From the human T2T-CHM13v2.0 reference genome, Homo sapiens, in assembly GCF_009914755.1 (NCBI RefSeq), contig NC_060944.1: DNA of 64,000 nucleotides, one strand, 5' to 3'. A program made the position numbers and the translations under genes. Of this stretch, positions 1-64,000 are shown in pieces (position 1 is the stretch's first letter; the number at the start of each line of letters is the position of its first letter). The notes below the pieces were generated by a model. The model was not told the DNA's origin, searched no databases, and worked only from the letters and a program-made list of their open reading frames with translations.

Positions 1-394
<394 letters not shown>

Positions 395-541
395 TTAATT
401 TTTATCAAGGTAGTATAGGTATACATATTAAAGATCAAAGAGAATTATCAGGCTCATTCTACCATTCTTTAGAATATTTTCATTCCTTAGAATATAATAA
501 ATCTTTAGAATATTTTGCCAACCTAACAGGTAAAAAAATAA

Positions 542-904
<363 letters not shown>

Positions 905-1234
905 TAAATAGTCCTCCTCTCTTTTTTGTTTTCCACGTCTGTGAAGTGCCTGTTCATTTTTTTTGCTCATTTTACTATTGGGTAGCTTATCTTTTCTTAT
1001 TAATTTTGGAAGAGTTCTTCATAAATTAGGTTATACACCCTTTGTTCATCTTTAATGTTTCTCTTTTTTTTTTTTTTTTGAGACGGGGTCTCACTGTGTC
1101 ACTGAGGCTGGAGTGCAGTGCTGTGATCATCAGTTCTAATATTTTTACCAGTTTATTGTTGGCCTTTTGCCTTAGTTTATAGTTTATTTTGCCAAAAAAA
1201 AAAAAAAGGCTTAAGGTTTGCTTTCTAAAGATCA

Positions 1235-59340
<58,106 letters not shown>

Positions 59341-59397
59341 TCAGAGACAATGTAACAAAACTCTAAACTGAAAATTATTTAATTAAGCACTGTGCCT

Positions 59398-60897
<1,500 letters not shown>

Positions 60898-62274
60898 GCT
60901 TCAAAGTGACTTTAGAACTTTCAAATGTTGACAGCAAGAATTTCCTAGTCCCCAAACAATACTCCCCCTACCATGGCCCTCTGGGTCTGGCAATGCAGTT
61001 GCAGAACGAGTCAAAGAACAGCCTCCATCTACTGAGGCATAGTGTTCACATAGTCACATCTATGGGACCAGACATAGCTGAGTACTTCACTGCAGAGGTC
61101 AATACCATATGGAAACCCCACAGCCTAAGGCCACTGAGGCAGGGAAACAGCACCAAATATGGCCAGTGACTAGTTGTCCCTCAGACATCAGTGTCTAAAG
61201 CTCTCAGCTGTTGGCTCATCTGGCTCTAAGGCAACTGCAGGCCCAACGATACTGCTTGTCCCTTTAGGAAGAGTTATTGTGTGCAGTGGTGAGCTTTGTA
61301 CGCAGGAAAGACTGGGAGGAAGGAAGTAGAGGCCAGTGGAAAGAGCTTCTATAAATAGATCAGCAGCTTACAGATTTAAGGAATAGTCTTCAATGCTCAT
61401 GGGTGAAGTAAATAAAGCAATCCCAAGAATGCAAATAAACCTAGGTAAATGGAAGAGCCATGGGATGGAGTAGAATATTAAAGCAGTTTGACAACTGAGG
61501 ACAAAGGCAGTCATACTTCCAGAAGAAAACCAGAGGCCCCATTCTATGGCTCCTCAGAAACAAGAGCCATTAGGCCTCCTAACAAGATGGAACTAGATGC
61601 TGTCAGAGGTAAGAAAGGCACACGCATAGGGGCAGAGAACACCTGATGCAGCAGGTGTAGGACAACGTCAAAAGGGTAATACAGTGTGACAGACCACACC
61701 TGACAAAAACATCTTATAAGCCCAATAAATACTGACCACATCTGACCACACAGCTGAGTGGCCTCCTGAAATAAAACTCCATGGGTCTGACCTTTTAAGC
61801 CACTCTAAGCCCCATGCCCGTAAGGCCCAGGGTGTTCCAGGGAACACAGGATGTAGCAGCCTCATCACTATTGACTCTTTAGGTAAGCACAAGAGTCAAA
61901 GGGTAGCAAAAGGTGGAATGGAGGCCCCTCTCATCTCTCAGCATATTGGTCTTTCTCACACACTCCCTCCAAGAGCCCTTCCCTGAGTCATTCGTAGACC
62001 ACCTGCAGAGGAATGAGAGTTGGCTATTACCTGAAGACTGAGGGCTTCTGGTGTGTATTATACTCTACAGTAAAATGTAACATGCCTCAAAGAATTAGGA
62101 TCCCGTAAGAGACATAACATAGTAGTTACTAAACCTAAAGTAAGCATTCCCCAAATCTCTTAGAACTCTGGTGTTATCACTATGAACCAAAGTTTAACAG
62201 AGTTTACAGTCAGGTAAAAGAGGAAAGCATATGAGAATGGGATGAATACGTAACCTATTTAAAAGCTGCTTTTA

Positions 62275-63035
<761 letters not shown>

Positions 63036-63355
63036 CACACCTTTAAGAATTTAAACTATTTCCTTAATTTCAGTACTGTAATGTCCTTAGCAATCTGGGC
63101 TGAGGTGAAACGTGTGGCTGGTATGAGCTGCCAAGATTGCTTTTTTCTAAACCAGCAGATGTTGTATAGCGTAAGGAAAAAAATATTTTGTAATCAAAAT
63201 CTGAAACCAAATTTGAATGGAAAAAATTGTAATGGAAGGAGTAATTTCAGTCTACTCTTTTTGCACTTCCTAATAAAAAGGAAAGCTTTAATCAGTCTAT
63301 AAGAATAAACACTACTAAGGACTTAACCAGAGAAGAATTTTCATATATACCAGAC

Positions 63356-63571
63356 CAGGATTTCTCAACCTCGGCACTACTGACAGTTTAGATCAGTGAA
63401 TTCCTTGTTCTAGGTGACTGTTCTGTGCATTGTAGATGTTTAGCATCATCTCTGGCCTCTATCCACTAGATGCCAGTGGCATCCCCTACCCAGTTTTGAC
63501 AATCAAAAATGTCTTCAGACATTGCCAAATGTCCCCTGCAGGACAAAACTGCCCCCAGTTGGGAACTACTG
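63356..63571 (-). mobile_element. MER20 (hAT-Charlie)
   Basis: caggatttctcaacctcggcactac...cagacattgccaaatgtcccc...gggaactactg. Confidence 0.82.
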
Positions 63572-64000
63572 CACTAGACACATAGCAATATTATTTCACA
63601 TCAGATGTTTGTTTTCATGCCTCCCCCAGCTGCCTCACAAGAGCTGTCTGTCTCTTGTCCACTTTTATTTTGTCTATTCCAGTGTCTCCTGACCCATCTG
63701 GCATACAAGACATGATTCTAAATATGTGATATCAGAGATAGCTCCTGGGCAATAGCCCCCAGCAGCATCAACACAGGCAGAGTGTCTCAGTGCTACGGAG
63801 AGGGGAATATAAACAGAAATCCAGCATTGTAGTCACAGGCATCTTCATGAATTAAAGTCACAGAGAAAATAATTCCCAAAGACAGCAGGACAAAGAGCCT
63901 TTGTTCCTCAGCTGATAAGCCACAAGAAATCTTCCTTGTAGGAGCTGCCTGCAGGCCCATCCTTACCTCACAACTGAAGGTGCTTTCACAGGACAACACC

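Noticed and set aside
63960-64000. Strong donor GAG|gtaagg at ~63967 as the next upstream DNAAF9 exon
   Set aside because: The preceding sequence does not encode the expected ...EEVL(D), and any acceptor may lie outside the window.

Overview
Primate (very probably human) genomic DNA, Alu-dense and entirely inside one minus-strand gene. Fourteen GT-AG exons between 59246 and 1246 splice into 1185 nt of open frame ([17 protein letters not shown]...[14 protein letters not shown]). I recognise the product from memory as the N-terminal part of DNAAF9/C20orf194 (Shulin, outer-dynein-arm assembly factor). The gene start and end lie outside the window. The introns hold roughly 55-60 Alu pieces, old L1/L2/MIR fragments, a near full-length Tigger1, a Tigger3a, three MER20, a MER58, a MER4-family solo LTR, a UBE2V1 processed pseudogene, a full-length U6 copy and a 35-nt tailless U2 retrocopy. 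Nearly all ORF-track entries are Alu or low-complexity artefacts. I see no new gene system. The most unusual signals are fossil DNA-repair/retroposition scars: two locally templated insertions (17.7 kb, 35.7 kb), two tiny hairpin+poly(A) inserts with target-site duplications, and an Alu-mediated tandem duplication. There are also several tandem splice sites and one candidate cassette exon. Repeat boundaries and subfamily names are by eye and approximate; exon boundaries were checked for phase.
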